Part shown: positions 9,301 through 19,687 of the stretch, piece by piece
Layout: each line of letters opens with the position of its first letter
How positions within the stretch are numbered: position 1 is the stretch's first letter
Assembly: GCA_048270065.1 (NCBI GenBank)
Contig: JBLWTQ010000014.1
Coordinates: 11,921-75,920, forward strand
Reading direction: 5' to 3'
Source: Parasphingorhabdus sp.
Lineage (GTDB): Bacteria; Pseudomonadota; Alphaproteobacteria; Sphingomonadales; Sphingomonadaceae
DNA: 64,000 bases
Notes under the pieces: generated by a model
Database searches by the model: none
The model's input: the letters and a program-made list of their open reading frames with translations, nothing else
What the model was told of the DNA's origin: nothing
Made by a program: the position numbers and the translations under genes

Positions 9301-10923
9301 ATGACCGCGTGTGGAACTAACAACCGCCTGAAATATGGTGCGGCTATTCTACCGTTGCTGAGCCTGGCTGCGCCCGCCGCCGAGGCGCGCGAACGCAATG
9401 CCGACGTGGCGCCCTATATCGAGGTCCAGCAAGTGTTGGTTGCCGATTTGAAAGACGGTAGCGACGTGCTGACCTATACCTCGGTTGCCGCCGGTATCGA
9501 TAGCTCCATCCGGACGCGCGGCGCCGAAGCCCAGCTCAATGTGCGTTATGAACGCCGCTTCTTCTACCAGGACAATATTGGCGACGATGATGTCATCACC
9601 GGTCTCGCACGCGGCGGTATCCAGATTGTACCCAATGTTCTGTCACTGGAGGCCGGAGGCCTTGCGACGCGCAGCCGGATCGATTTGCGCGGCGAAGCAC
9701 CGTCGAATACAGTGGGCGACATCGACAATGTGACGCAAGTCTATTCGGTTTACGCCGGTCCGAACCTTTCGACCCAGGCCGGTGCGCTGGATGTGAATGC
9801 CAATTACCGGGTCGGTTATACCAAGGTCGAGAGCGAAGACACCGGTGCCTTGCCTCCGGGACAACTTCCGATCGATGTTTTCGACGATAGTATCAGCCAT
9901 TCGGCCAGCGCCAGTGTCGGCATGCAGCCCGGCGATCTGCCTTTTGGCTGGTCGGTCGGTGCGGGCTGGGAACGCGAGGACGCGGATCAGCTCGACCAGC
10001 GCTATGAAGGCAAATATGTACGGGCAGACGTCACCGTGCCGGTCTCTTCGACCCTGGCCCTGGTTGGCGGCGTTGGTTACGAAGACATCGAGATTTCGGA
10101 ACGCGACGCTGTGCGCGATATCAACGGCGATCCCGTCATCGATGACGATGGTCGCCTGGTAACCGATGAAACATCACCAAGATTGCTGTCCTACGATCAG
10201 GACGGGATTATCTGGGATGCCGGTGTCCTGTGGCGGCCAAGCCGTCGCACCTCACTCGAGGCGCGGGTCGGTCAGCGTTACGGCAGTGAAACCTATTACG
10301 GCAGCTTTGGCTATCAGCCCAATCAGAATTCGGCGCTGCATATTTCGGTCTATGACACGGTTTCCGGATTCGGCAATTTGCTCAATGATAATCTGGCAAA
10401 TCTCGGGACCAGTTTTTCCAGCACCCGCAACCCTCTGAGCGGTGAATTGAACGGCTGCGCCTTCGGTCAATCGGGCGGTCTTTGCTTCAACGATGTGTTG
10501 CAGTCGGCGGCTTCGTCCTCCTTCCGAGCGCGTGGCGTCAACGGGCAATACACCTATAATCATCGCGGTTGGACGACCGGGCTCGGGATAGGATATGCCC
10601 GGCGCCGCTTCTTTGCCTCGCAATTGGGCGCCGTCTCGGCCATCGATGGTCTGATCGACGAAAATTATTATGCCAACCTGTCGATCGGTCGGGATATCGA
10701 TGCCTATTCCAGTTTCGACGCAAATATTTACGCCAATCTGCTGGATAGCGGTTTTGCAAATGCTCCAAATGTCCTGGGACTCGGGGCCAACGCGGCATAT
10801 TATCGTCAGATTATTCCGGGACTGCAGGGCACGGCGGCTGTCGGGCTAGACAGTTTCCAGCAGGATGGTTTCGACAGCGAGATCACGGCATCCGCTCTGT
10901 TGGGACTCAGATATGATTTTTAA
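9301..10923 (+). CDS. PEP-CTERM system-associated outer-membrane beta-barrel protein
   Basis: Signal peptide, alternating beta-strand pattern, C-terminal LRYDF; position in the XrtA locus. Confidence 0.8.
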   Translation: MTACGTNNRLKYGAAILPLLSLAAPAAEARERNADVAPYIEVQQVLVADLKDGSDVLTYTSVAAGIDSSIRTRGAEAQLNVRYERRFFYQDNIGDDDVITGLARGGIQIVPNVLSLEAGGLATRSRIDLRGEAPSNTVGDIDNVTQVYSVYAGPNLSTQAGALDVNANYRVGYTKVESEDTGALPPGQLPIDVFDDSISHSASASVGMQPGDLPFGWSVGAGWEREDADQLDQRYEGKYVRADVTVPVSSTLALVGGVGYEDIEISERDAVRDINGDPVIDDDGRLVTDETSPRLLSYDQDGIIWDAGVLWRPSRRTSLEARVGQRYGSETYYGSFGYQPNQNSALHISVYDTVSGFGNLLNDNLANLGTSFSSTRNPLSGELNGCAFGQSGGLCFNDVLQSAASSSFRARGVNGQYTYNHRGWTTGLGIGYARRRFFASQLGAVSAIDGLIDENYYANLSIGRDIDAYSSFDANIYANLLDSGFANAPNVLGLGANAAYYRQIIPGLQGTAAVGLDSFQQDGFDSEITASALLGLRYDF

Positions 10924-10958
10924 TAGCATCAACAAAGCTGTTGATCGGAGACACGCGC

Positions 10959-12230
10959 ATGTATGAGACATTTTATGGATTAAACGGTCGGCCTTTTCAG
11001 CTGACCCCGGATCCGCATTTCTATTTTGAGAGTCTGACTCATCGCAAGGCGCTGTCCTATCTCGGTTACGGCCTTGCACAGGGTGAGGGATTCATCGTTA
11101 TTACGGGTGACGTCGGTGCGGGCAAAACCACTTTGGTCAGTCATCTCATGGCGACGATCGACAAAGCGCGTCTGACCGCAGCCAATATCGTCACCACCAA
11201 GCTGGACAGTCAGGATATCGTGCGCGTCGCCGCCGATCATTTCGATATTGAAACAGACCATATGGACAAGGCGCAGCTGCTGAGCGCGATTGAAGAATTT
11301 CTCCACGCCGAAGCGCGGGCGGGTCGACGGTGTCTGCTGATCGTGGATGAATCGCAGAATCTGCCGGTGGATGCGCTGGAAGAATTGCGGATGCTGTCAA
11401 ATTTCCAGCTCGGCGGACAGGCATTGCTGCAGATATTCCTGCTCGGCCAACCGGAATTCCGCGACATGCTGGAAAATTCCAATCAGTTGGAGCAGCTGCG
11501 TCAGCGAGTCATTGCGCATCACCATCTCGATCCGATGAGCGCAGAGGAAATCGAACCCTATATCACCCATCGCCTGTCCAAAAGCGGCTGGTCGGGGCGT
11601 CCCAAGATCACGTCGGGTGTTTTCCGCTTGCTTTTCGCGGAGACCGAAGGCGTTCCCCGCAAAATCAACACGCTGATGAGCCGGATATTGTTGATGGGTT
11701 CGATCGAACATGCCGAGTTGATCGACCAAGCCATAGTCGGACGTGTGCTCGCCGACCTGAATGGCGAAGACGTGGACATTGCCGCACCGGCGGAATCGTC
11801 CGACGGGAACAACAGCCCACTATGGGAAAAGCCCAGGAAAGCGCGTGACCCTCGCGTCGACCAGCCCTCTGAAACATCGGAGTCATCGCACGGGACGCAG
11901 GATCAACCGCCGTTCGAGCCGGTCTCGGAGCCGGATGATGACGTTGTCAATCTGCGGGATCCGGAAGTCACGGAAGTCTCCTTTCCAGAGCCAGCTCACA
12001 CTCCGATCGCAGCCGAAACCGGGACCGCAGAATTCGTTGCACCGCCGGCAACAACCGATAATGCGACCGCCTTGAGATTCGAGATGATGTCCAAGCGCCT
12101 GTCCCTGTTGGAACAGCAAATGGAATGTCAGGAAGAAAATCTGCACCGCGTCTTGACGATGCTCGTGGAATGGGTCGAAAACGATGTCCGGAGCAAGGAA
12201 AGCTATGTCAATGCAGGACGCGCGGCCTGA
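10959..12230 (+). CDS. ExeA-like AAA ATPase, XrtA/PEP-CTERM-associated
   Basis: MYETFYGL..RPFQLTPDP, Walker A GDVGAGKT, Walker B IVDESQ, LGQPEF; acidic linker and coiled-coil tail. Confidence 0.9.
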   Translation: MYETFYGLNGRPFQLTPDPHFYFESLTHRKALSYLGYGLAQGEGFIVITGDVGAGKTTLVSHLMATIDKARLTAANIVTTKLDSQDIVRVAADHFDIETDHMDKAQLLSAIEEFLHAEARAGRRCLLIVDESQNLPVDALEELRMLSNFQLGGQALLQIFLLGQPEFRDMLENSNQLEQLRQRVIAHHHLDPMSAEEIEPYITHRLSKSGWSGRPKITSGVFRLLFAETEGVPRKINTLMSRILLMGSIEHAELIDQAIVGRVLADLNGEDVDIAAPAESSDGNNSPLWEKPRKARDPRVDQPSETSESSHGTQDQPPFEPVSEPDDDVVNLRDPEVTEVSFPEPAHTPIAAETGTAEFVAPPATTDNATALRFEMMSKRLSLLEQQMECQEENLHRVLTMLVEWVENDVRSKESYVNAGRAA

Positions 12231-13107
12231 AACGTTCGCCACGGCGGGAAAAGCGGATGCTTTGCTCAATGCCATGTCGGTCGATATCGAGGACTGGTTT
12301 CAGGTGGGAGCCTTTGAGACGGTCATTGACCATGCCGACTGGGACCAGCTGGAACATCGGGTAGAACGCAATACCAAAGCGGTGCTTGCGCTGTTTGACG
12401 AGGCAGGAATCAAGGCGACATTTTTTATCCTGGGCTGGGTGGCCGAGCGCTATCCGGCGTTGATGCAGCAGATTGTGGCTGCCGGCCATGAAATTGCCAA
12501 CCACGGCTATGATCATGCCCGTGTGTTTACGCTGTCTGCCGATCAGTTCCGGGACGATCTGGATCGCAGCCGGAAAATTCTCGAAGATACGTCCGGTCAA
12601 AAGGTCGCCGGTTACCGGGCGCCGAGTTTCTCGATCGACCAGCGGACACCGTGGGCGCATGAAATACTGGCTGAGCAGGGCTATGCTTATTCTTCCAGCG
12701 TCGCGCCAATTAATCACGATCATTATGGCTGGGCCGGATCGCCGCGCTTTGCCTGGAAGCCGGTGGGCCAATCGGATTTCATCGAATTGCCGGTCACCAC
12801 CGTGAAGCTGGGCAATAGGATATTGGCCGCCGGTGGTGGCGGCTTTTTCCGGCTCTTGCCATATACATTATATGAGCGTTCCATCCGGAAGATGCATCGT
12901 GATGACGGGCGCGGGGCGATATTCTATTTCCACCCCTGGGAAATCGATCCCGGACAACCCCGGGTCAAAAACGCGCCTGTCCGGTCAAAAATGCGGCACT
13001 ATACGAATTTGCAAAGCATGCGGCCCAAGCTGTTGCGGGCCGGACAGGATTTCAGATGGGGCAGGGTTGACGAACTCGCGGCATTGGAAGCGGGGTTGAT
13101 GCGATGA
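12211..13107 (+). CDS. Polysaccharide deacetylase, XrtA system
   Basis: SVDIEDWFQ, HEIANHGYDH, GYRAPSFS, YFHPWEIDP; start could be 12205 or 12211. Confidence 0.9.
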   Translation: MQDARPETFATAGKADALLNAMSVDIEDWFQVGAFETVIDHADWDQLEHRVERNTKAVLALFDEAGIKATFFILGWVAERYPALMQQIVAAGHEIANHGYDHARVFTLSADQFRDDLDRSRKILEDTSGQKVAGYRAPSFSIDQRTPWAHEILAEQGYAYSSSVAPINHDHYGWAGSPRFAWKPVGQSDFIELPVTTVKLGNRILAAGGGGFFRLLPYTLYERSIRKMHRDDGRGAIFYFHPWEIDPGQPRVKNAPVRSKMRHYTNLQSMRPKLLRAGQDFRWGRVDELAALEAGLMR

Positions 13108-14177
13108 ACATGGCGTTCAAGCCCAAGCCTTTGTCGGTGCGCGTCCTCGATCGTCCAGAGGCGAATGAACTAGACCGTATCGAAGCCTTTGTGGCCGCTT
13201 GCCCGGAAGGTACAGCCTTTCACCGTCCTGCATGGGTGCTGTCGGTCAGCAAGGCCTGCGGTCATGAATGGCGATATCTTCTCGCAGAGGACGGGGCAGG
13301 GGCATTGCAGGGTATCTTGCCGCTCCATCTGATTCATTCCGCATTATTTGGCCGCGCTGTGGTGTCTTCCGGTTTTGCCGTGGGCGGCGGGATTCTTGCG
13401 GATAATGATCATGCGATCCAATTGCTGGCGGACGAAGCCTGGAGCTTGGCCGAGCGACTTAGTTTTCCGACCGTCGAATTGCGCGGCGGGTCGGTGCCCG
13501 ATGGTCAATGGCAAAACAGGCAGGGTGTCTATGCCGGCTTTGTCAATCCGCTGGCGGATGACGCGGAAAGCCAGCTGCTCGCCATTCCGCGGAAACAGCG
13601 AGCAGAAATCCGCAAGGGCCTCGCCAATGACCTGGGCGTGCGCGTCGGCACCGGGGAGCAAGACCGCTCGGACCATTATGCCGTCTATGCCGAAAGTGTC
13701 CGTAATTTGGGAACACCGGTTTTCCCCAGGGTCCTGTTTGATGAAGTCATGGACAGATTTGGCGAGGATGCCGAGATATTGACTGTCGCGCATGACGGCA
13801 AACCGGTGGCCAGTGTTCTGAGCCTGTACCACAAACAGACGGTTATGCCATATTGGGGCGGCGGGACTTGGGATGCGCGCCGGTTCAGGGCCAATGATGT
13901 CATGTACTATAGCTTGATGAATCATGCCCGGGAAAGGGGGTGCCGGTCGTTCGACTTTGGCCGTTCCAAATATGGCACGGGTGCTTTTTCGTTCAAGAAA
14001 AACTGGGGTTTTGAACCGAAGCCGCTATCTTATGCAACGCGCACCGCCGATGGCGAAGGCGTCCGCGATATCAATCCGATGAGTCCGAAATATCGCGTCC
14101 AGGTGGCGTTGTGGCAGCGTCTGCCCCTGCCGGTTGCAAACCGGATCGGACCGATGATCGCCAGGGGCCTCGGCTGA
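13104..14177 (+). CDS. FemAB-related protein, XrtA/PEP-CTERM-associated
   Basis: FHRPAW, KQRAEIRKG, NLGTPVF, FDFGRSK..TG...FKKNWG. Confidence 0.9.
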   Translation: MNMAFKPKPLSVRVLDRPEANELDRIEAFVAACPEGTAFHRPAWVLSVSKACGHEWRYLLAEDGAGALQGILPLHLIHSALFGRAVVSSGFAVGGGILADNDHAIQLLADEAWSLAERLSFPTVELRGGSVPDGQWQNRQGVYAGFVNPLADDAESQLLAIPRKQRAEIRKGLANDLGVRVGTGEQDRSDHYAVYAESVRNLGTPVFPRVLFDEVMDRFGEDAEILTVAHDGKPVASVLSLYHKQTVMPYWGGGTWDARRFRANDVMYYSLMNHARERGCRSFDFGRSKYGTGAFSFKKNWGFEPKPLSYATRTADGEGVRDINPMSPKYRVQVALWQRLPLPVANRIGPMIARGLG

Positions 14178-15400
14178 TGGGGGAAATCCTGTTTCTGGCA
14201 CACCGCGTCCCGTGGCCGCCGAACCGCGGCGACAAGATCCGTTCGCATCATTTCTTGCAAAAGCTGATGGATTGCACGTCCGTGCATGTGGCCTGTTTTG
14301 CCGATGATGAAACCGAAAAGAAGGCCGACTGGGTTCGCAAAGCGGAACTGGCGTCTTGCGAAATTGTGGTGCGAACCAAACCGAAATGGCGGGCAGGGAT
14401 CGAAGCGCTGGTATCCGGGAAGCCGGTATCGCTGACCTCATTCGATAGCGCCAGAATCAGCGCCTATATCGGGCATGTAACTGCCACCCGGCCGATTGAT
14501 TGCATCTTCGTCTTTTCCGGACAGATGGCGCAATATATTCCGCAGGATTTCGGCGGTCGTGTGGTGATGGATTTTGCCGATGTCGATAGCGCAAAATTTG
14601 AAAGTTACGCGGACGACGGATCGGGTCCGATGGCCTGGATCCATCGCCGGGAAGGCCGCTTGCTGCGGATGTTCGAGAAAGATATTGCCGAACGCACCGA
14701 TCACAGTCTTTTTGTCAGCGAAGCCGAGGCGCACTTGTTCCGGCAGCGCTCGGGATTGTCGCATGAACGCGTCAATGCGGTCGGCAACGGGATCGATCTG
14801 GACTTCTATAGTTCTTCGGATATTCAGCCCGCGGGCCAGGAAAATAGCGGCCCGCTGATCCTGTTCACCGGCCAGATGGACTATCAGCCGAATGTTCAGG
14901 CGGTGGAGAGTTTCAGCGCCGAGGTCATGCCCAAGATTCTGGTGCGTTTTCCCGATGCGCATTTTGCCATCGTCGGGCGATCGCCCACGGACAAGGTGAA
15001 GCAACTCGATCAGGAAAATGGCACAATTGTAATCGGTGTGGTTGATGATATTCGAAGCTGGCTTGAGGCTGCCGATGTCGTTGTGGCGCCGCTACGGATT
15101 GCGAGGGGTGTTCAGAACAAGGTCCTGGAGGCGATGGCGATGGCCAAACCGGTCGTCGCCTCAAGCTGCGCCGCCGAGGGCATCGATGCGACCAGCGGCA
15201 AGCATTTCCTGATCGCCCAGACCGTCGAGGAAGAAGCGCGCATGGTGTGCGATCTGTTGACCGACCCGGGGCGGGCGAGACGGTTGGGTGGGCAAGCCAA
15301 AGAGTTGATCCATTCGCATTATTCATGGAACAAGCAGCTCGCCGGTCTGCCTGCATTGTGCGGGCTATCGGAACTCGCTGTTGCTGAGGCGGCGGCATGA
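14177..15400 (+). CDS. Glycosyltransferase (GT4-like), PEP-CTERM/XrtA system
   Basis: HRVPWPPNRGDKIRS, MDFADVDS.K, FTGQMDYQPN, GVQNKVLEAMAM; ATG overlaps the upstream stop. Confidence 0.9.
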   Translation: MGEILFLAHRVPWPPNRGDKIRSHHFLQKLMDCTSVHVACFADDETEKKADWVRKAELASCEIVVRTKPKWRAGIEALVSGKPVSLTSFDSARISAYIGHVTATRPIDCIFVFSGQMAQYIPQDFGGRVVMDFADVDSAKFESYADDGSGPMAWIHRREGRLLRMFEKDIAERTDHSLFVSEAEAHLFRQRSGLSHERVNAVGNGIDLDFYSSSDIQPAGQENSGPLILFTGQMDYQPNVQAVESFSAEVMPKILVRFPDAHFAIVGRSPTDKVKQLDQENGTIVIGVVDDIRSWLEAADVVVAPLRIARGVQNKVLEAMAMAKPVVASSCAAEGIDATSGKHFLIAQTVEEEARMVCDLLTDPGRARRLGGQAKELIHSHYSWNKQLAGLPALCGLSELAVAEAAA

Positions 15401-16950
15401 CGAGCGCGACTGTCGATCAATTGGGAACTGAACCGCAGCTTGCGATTTCTTCGTCGCTTTGGCCAACGCATCTCAAATTACTGGCGATTGCCACATTGGC
15501 GATTCTGGCGGTTTTCTGGCGCGACGGTGCGGATATGGTCCGGACCTGGTGGACAATTTCCACCTATAATCACTGCCTGTTGATCGTACCGATCCTTTAT
15601 TGGCTGGTTCAGCAGCGGCAGGAAGAACTGGCGAAGCTTGCACCGGAAATCTGGTTGCCGGGATTGCTCTGGATGGGCGTTGCCTCAGTGGGATGGTTGC
15701 TCGGGGAAGCCGCCGGTGTCGCCTTCGCGCGCCATCTCGGGCTACTGATGATGCTGCAGGGCGCGGTCGTGACGCTGCTTGGCCCGACGATTGCGCGCGG
15801 CTTGATTTTTCCGCTCGGATTCAGCTTTTTTCTGGTGCCGTTCGGAGAGGAATTCGTGCCGTTTCTGCAAATGGTCACCGCCAAATTATCGATGGTCTTT
15901 CTCGGCTGGGCCAATATCCCGGCCTTTATCGACGGAGTTTTCATATCGACACCCACCGGCTATTTCGAGGTTGCGGAGGCCTGTTCCGGGATCAAGTTTC
16001 TGATCGCCATGCTCGCCTATGGCGCGCTGGTTGGCAATGTCTGTTTCCAGAGCTGGAAACGCCGGATATTGTTCATGATCGCTGCGGTGGTCGTTCCTGT
16101 CCTTGCCAATGGAATCCGCGCCTTCGGGACCATCTATATCGCGCACCATACGTCGCTCGATTTCGCTACCGGTTTCGATCATATTTTCTATGGCTGGTTC
16201 TTTTTCGCGTTCGTTCTGATTTTGGTCATGGCCATCGGCTGGCCTTTTTTTGATCGCAAGATCGGTGATCCGATGATTGACGGCGATGCCTTGAGCAGGA
16301 AACAGTCTCTGCGCACCTCCGCGCAAAGGCCGATGACCGTCATGGCCGCAATGGCAGCCATTATTCTGGTTCCGGTGCTTTGGACATCGGCTCTTGCGGC
16401 GCAGGAATCACCGATCCCGGATAAAATTGCGCTGCCGGAGGTGGCCGGTTGGGAGAGGGTGGAGTACCAGCCTCTTTACGCCTGGCAACCGCTATTCCAC
16501 GGCGCCAGCCACCAGCTTCTCGGACGATACCGGAACGCGTCGACGGGAATGGAGGTGGACCTGTCGATCGCTGTCTATGATCGTCAGGAAGACGGGCGGG
16601 AGATCGTCGGCTATGGCCAAGGCGCTCTTGTGCCGAACTCGCAATGGTCATGGAACCGGAATCTTGATGCGCCACAGGGCGCCGCTGCGGTCGAATTGAT
16701 CGCGCCCGGACCGGTGGTGCGGGATGTGGTTTCCTTTTACCGGATCGGCAACAAGCTGACCGGCAGCGCCTCTCTGGTGAAGCTGGAAACGCTGAAGAGC
16801 AAGCTATTCGGCGGTCCGCAGCAGGCGGTGGCGATATTGGTGTCGTCCGAGACCAACCGCGAGGAGTCGCCGCGAATTCCCATCGATGCTTTCCTTGCTG
16901 ATTTGGGACCGGTCGACAAATTGGCTGACGCGATGGCGGGGCTGCGCTAG
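15397..16950 (+). CDS. xrtA: Exosortase A with C-terminal EpsI domain
   Basis: Multi-TM protein with VAEACSGI (Cys), ANGIR (Arg) and DHIFYGW (His) catalytic motifs; soluble EpsI-like tail. Confidence 0.92.
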   Translation: MTSATVDQLGTEPQLAISSSLWPTHLKLLAIATLAILAVFWRDGADMVRTWWTISTYNHCLLIVPILYWLVQQRQEELAKLAPEIWLPGLLWMGVASVGWLLGEAAGVAFARHLGLLMMLQGAVVTLLGPTIARGLIFPLGFSFFLVPFGEEFVPFLQMVTAKLSMVFLGWANIPAFIDGVFISTPTGYFEVAEACSGIKFLIAMLAYGALVGNVCFQSWKRRILFMIAAVVVPVLANGIRAFGTIYIAHHTSLDFATGFDHIFYGWFFFAFVLILVMAIGWPFFDRKIGDPMIDGDALSRKQSLRTSAQRPMTVMAAMAAIILVPVLWTSALAAQESPIPDKIALPEVAGWERVEYQPLYAWQPLFHGASHQLLGRYRNASTGMEVDLSIAVYDRQEDGREIVGYGQGALVPNSQWSWNRNLDAPQGAAAVELIAPGPVVRDVVSFYRIGNKLTGSASLVKLETLKSKLFGGPQQAVAILVSSETNREESPRIPIDAFLADLGPVDKLADAMAGLR

Positions 16951-16960
16951 GGCGCACAAC

Positions 16961-18856
16961 ATGTGCGGAATTGCAGGTATTTTTCATTTGGAGACGGCCA
17001 AGCCGGTTGATCCCGAACGTCTGCGCAAGATGACCGACAGTCTGAGCCACCGCGGACCGGACGGATCCGGGATATGGACCGCACCGGGTGTCGGGCTGGG
17101 TCACCGCAGGCTTTCGATCATCGATCTGGAAGGCGGCGCGCAGCCGATGCTGACGTCCGACGAAGCTCAGGTTCTGAGTTTTAACGGCGAGATCTATAAT
17201 TTTCTGGAAGTGCGCGCAGAGCTCGAACGACTTGGCCACCAGTTTCAGACCAGCAGCGACAGCGAAGTCATTCTTTATGCCTGGCGGCAATGGGGAGTGG
17301 ATTGCCTGAAACGGCTGAACGGGATGTTCGCCTTCGCGATATATGACCAGCGCACCCGTCAATTGTTTCTGGCTCGCGACCGGCTGGGCGTGAAGCCGTT
17401 GTTTTATGCGCCGGTTTCCGATGGCAGCATAATATTCGGTTCGGAATTGAAAGCCCTGCTGGCCAATCCGCTGTTGCGCCGGGAACCCGATATCACGGCG
17501 GTCGATGACTATCTGGCATTCGGTTATGTGCCGGACCAGACATCGCTGCTGAAGGGGGTGAAAAAACTTGCCGCCGGACATTATCTTTTGCTCGAGCAAG
17601 GCAAGCCGGAGCCGGCATCCGTCCAATATTGGGATATGGATTTCAGCGAGCGAAGCAAAGGATCGGCCAGGGTTCTGGAAGAAGAACTGGTCGAACTGCT
17701 CAAGCAGGCCGTGGGGTCGCGGATGATTGCCGACGTGCCGCTGGGAGCATTCCTCTCTGGCGGCGTCGACAGCAGCGCTGTGGTCGCCCTGATGGCCGAG
17801 AAAAGCCGCCGGGCGGTCAAGACTTGTTCGATCGGTTTTGACCAGCAGTCGCTGGACGAGACCAGCTTTGCCAGACTGGTGGCGGAGCGGTTCCGGACCG
17901 ATCATCGCGAGCGCATCGTCGCAGCCGATGATTTTGGCCTGATCAATACGCTCGCCGATCATTTTGACGAACCCTTTGCCGATGCCTCCGCCCTGCCGAC
18001 CTACCGGGTGAGCGAACTGGCGCGCGAGACGGTCACCGTGGCGCTTTCCGGAGACGGCGCGGACGAGGCTATGGCGGGTTACCGCCGCCACGTCTTTCAT
18101 CATACTGAAGAGCGGTTGAGGGGCTTGCTGCCGCAATCCTTCCGCGGTCCGTTTTTGGGCTGGCTCGGCTCTGTCTATCCCCAGGCCGACTGGGCACCGC
18201 GTCCGTTTCGTGCCAGGTCCACCTTGCTGTCGCTGGCCCGGACCGGACCGGAAGGCTACGCCGAAGCAGTCGGGGTGACCACGCCATCGGGTCGCCGGCA
18301 GGTCTTTTCCGACGCGATGCAGCGCGATCTGGGTGACTATCACGCCGAGCAGCGGATGATCGACCTCATGGAAAATGCGCCGGCGCAAAATGGTCTGGAT
18401 CAGGCGCAATATGCGGATATGAAAATGTGGTTGCCGGGTGACATTTTGACCAAGGTGGACCGGACCAGCATGGCGGTGGGTCTCGAAGCGCGCGAACCAT
18501 TGCTCGATTACAGGCTGATGGAATTTGCGGCGAAGCTGCCGACCAATTTGCGGGTGCACAGGGGGCAGGGCAAATATCTCCTCAAAAAATCGATGGAACA
18601 ATATCTCCCGAACGATATTCTCTACCGGCCCAAAATGGGTTTTGTCACGCCGATCGCGCAATGGTTCCGCGGACCGCTGGCCGATCGGGCCCGTGACATT
18701 AGCGGTGGCGGGACATTGGCGCACACCGGATGGTTTGACAGCAAATCGCTGCGCAAGGTGGCGGACGATCATATCGCCGGCCGTTCCGACAACAGCCGTC
18801 TGCTGTGGCAGTTGCTGATGCTCGACAAGAGCCTGCAGCGATTATTCGGTCTTTAG
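16961..18856 (+). CDS. asnB: Asparagine synthase-like glutamine amidotransferase, XrtA-associated
   Basis: N-terminal MCGIAG, HRGPDG, GHRRLSIIDL, FNGEIYN, LSGGVDSS, SGDGADE. Confidence 0.92.
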   Translation: MCGIAGIFHLETAKPVDPERLRKMTDSLSHRGPDGSGIWTAPGVGLGHRRLSIIDLEGGAQPMLTSDEAQVLSFNGEIYNFLEVRAELERLGHQFQTSSDSEVILYAWRQWGVDCLKRLNGMFAFAIYDQRTRQLFLARDRLGVKPLFYAPVSDGSIIFGSELKALLANPLLRREPDITAVDDYLAFGYVPDQTSLLKGVKKLAAGHYLLLEQGKPEPASVQYWDMDFSERSKGSARVLEEELVELLKQAVGSRMIADVPLGAFLSGGVDSSAVVALMAEKSRRAVKTCSIGFDQQSLDETSFARLVAERFRTDHRERIVAADDFGLINTLADHFDEPFADASALPTYRVSELARETVTVALSGDGADEAMAGYRRHVFHHTEERLRGLLPQSFRGPFLGWLGSVYPQADWAPRPFRARSTLLSLARTGPEGYAEAVGVTTPSGRRQVFSDAMQRDLGDYHAEQRMIDLMENAPAQNGLDQAQYADMKMWLPGDILTKVDRTSMAVGLEAREPLLDYRLMEFAAKLPTNLRVHRGQGKYLLKKSMEQYLPNDILYRPKMGFVTPIAQWFRGPLADRARDISGGGTLAHTGWFDSKSLRKVADDHIAGRSDNSRLLWQLLMLDKSLQRLFGL

Positions 18857-18941
18857 TATTCCTGCGGAGGCAGGGGTCCATCTCGTGCGATTGCGTCCGG
18901 ATGCACTAGTCAGAGATGGACCCCTGCCTGCGCAGGGGCAC
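18856..18941. repeat. 86-bp palindromic (REP/MITE-like) element, copy 1, between convergent asnB and truA
   Basis: Arms cctgcggaggcaggggtccatctc / gagatggacccctgcctgcgcagg (23/24 complementary) around a 28-nt spacer. Confidence 0.88.
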
Positions 18942-18943
18942 GG

Positions 18944-19687
18944 TCAGTCCGGATAGAGGGCCTCGACAAAATAGAGGCCATCGGGCGGGGCGTTGAGGCC
19001 GAGGGCGTTGCGGTCCTTTGCCGCGAGCGCGTTTTTCAGATCCACTTTCTTCCATTTCCCGGTGCCGACCAGCTTCAAACATCCGACAATCGAGCGGACC
19101 TGATGGTGGAGGAACGAGCGGGCGGAAACTTCCACTTCAATCTCTTCGCCGAACCGGCTGACCGATATGCTGTCTAGCGTCTTGACCGGGCTTTGCGCCT
19201 GGCAATTGACCGAGCGGAAAGTCGTGAAGTCATGCCGTCCGGTTAACGCCTGCGCTGCATTGTGCATTGCTTCGGCATCGAGCTTTTGGGCAACTTGCCA
19301 GCTCAGGCCGCGATCGAAAGTCAGCGGCGCCCGGCGATTGGTGATCTTGTAGAGATAGCGCCGTCCCTCGCAGGCAAAGCGGGCGTGCCATTCCTCGTCG
19401 ACAATGTCACAGGCAAGCACGGCAACCGGGTTTGGTCGCAGCCCGGCATTGATGCCTTCACTGAGCCGGAAGGGCGTGAGCTTTGTCTCTAGATCGAAAT
19501 GCGCGCGCATCGCCAGCGCATGGACACCGGCATCGGTTCTGCCAGCTGCGAATACGCGCACGGTCTCGCCGGTGATCGATTTGATCGACTCTTCCACAGC
19601 CTGCTGAACGCTTGGCCCGTGATCCTGATGCTGCCAGCCCATGAACGGGCGGCCATCATATTCCAGGGTGATCGCAAATCGGGTCAT
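18944..19687 (-). CDS. truA: tRNA pseudouridine(38-40) synthase
   Basis: [25 protein letters not shown]; ATG 19687 overlaps the fmt stop. Confidence 0.95.
   Translation of the reverse strand: MTRFAITLEYDGRPFMGWQHQDHGPSVQQAVEESIKSITGETVRVFAAGRTDAGVHALAMRAHFDLETKLTPFRLSEGINAGLRPNPVAVLACDIVDEEWHARFACEGRRYLYKITNRRAPLTFDRGLSWQVAQKLDAEAMHNAAQALTGRHDFTTFRSVNCQAQSPVKTLDSISVSRFGEEIEVEVSARSFLHHQVRSIVGCLKLVGTGKWKKVDLKNALAAKDRNALGLNAPPDGLYFVEALYPD

Noticed and set aside
16361-18772. 803-aa antisense ORF over asnB, and similar long antisense or alternative-frame ORFs (41406-43094, 43447-44748, 47346-48977, 52581-53900, 51284-52513, 36871-38190, 60325-61467)
   Set aside because: Shadows of well-conserved genes, expected from GC-rich codon bias; no recognisable motifs.
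278-18856. PEP-CTERM substrate proteins, PrsK/PrsR regulators, flippase/polymerase within the locus
   Set aside because: No ORF with a C-terminal PEP-TM-basic tail and no such genes were found in the window; they are presumably encoded elsewhere. The exosortase A locus itself is a known system, not a new one.
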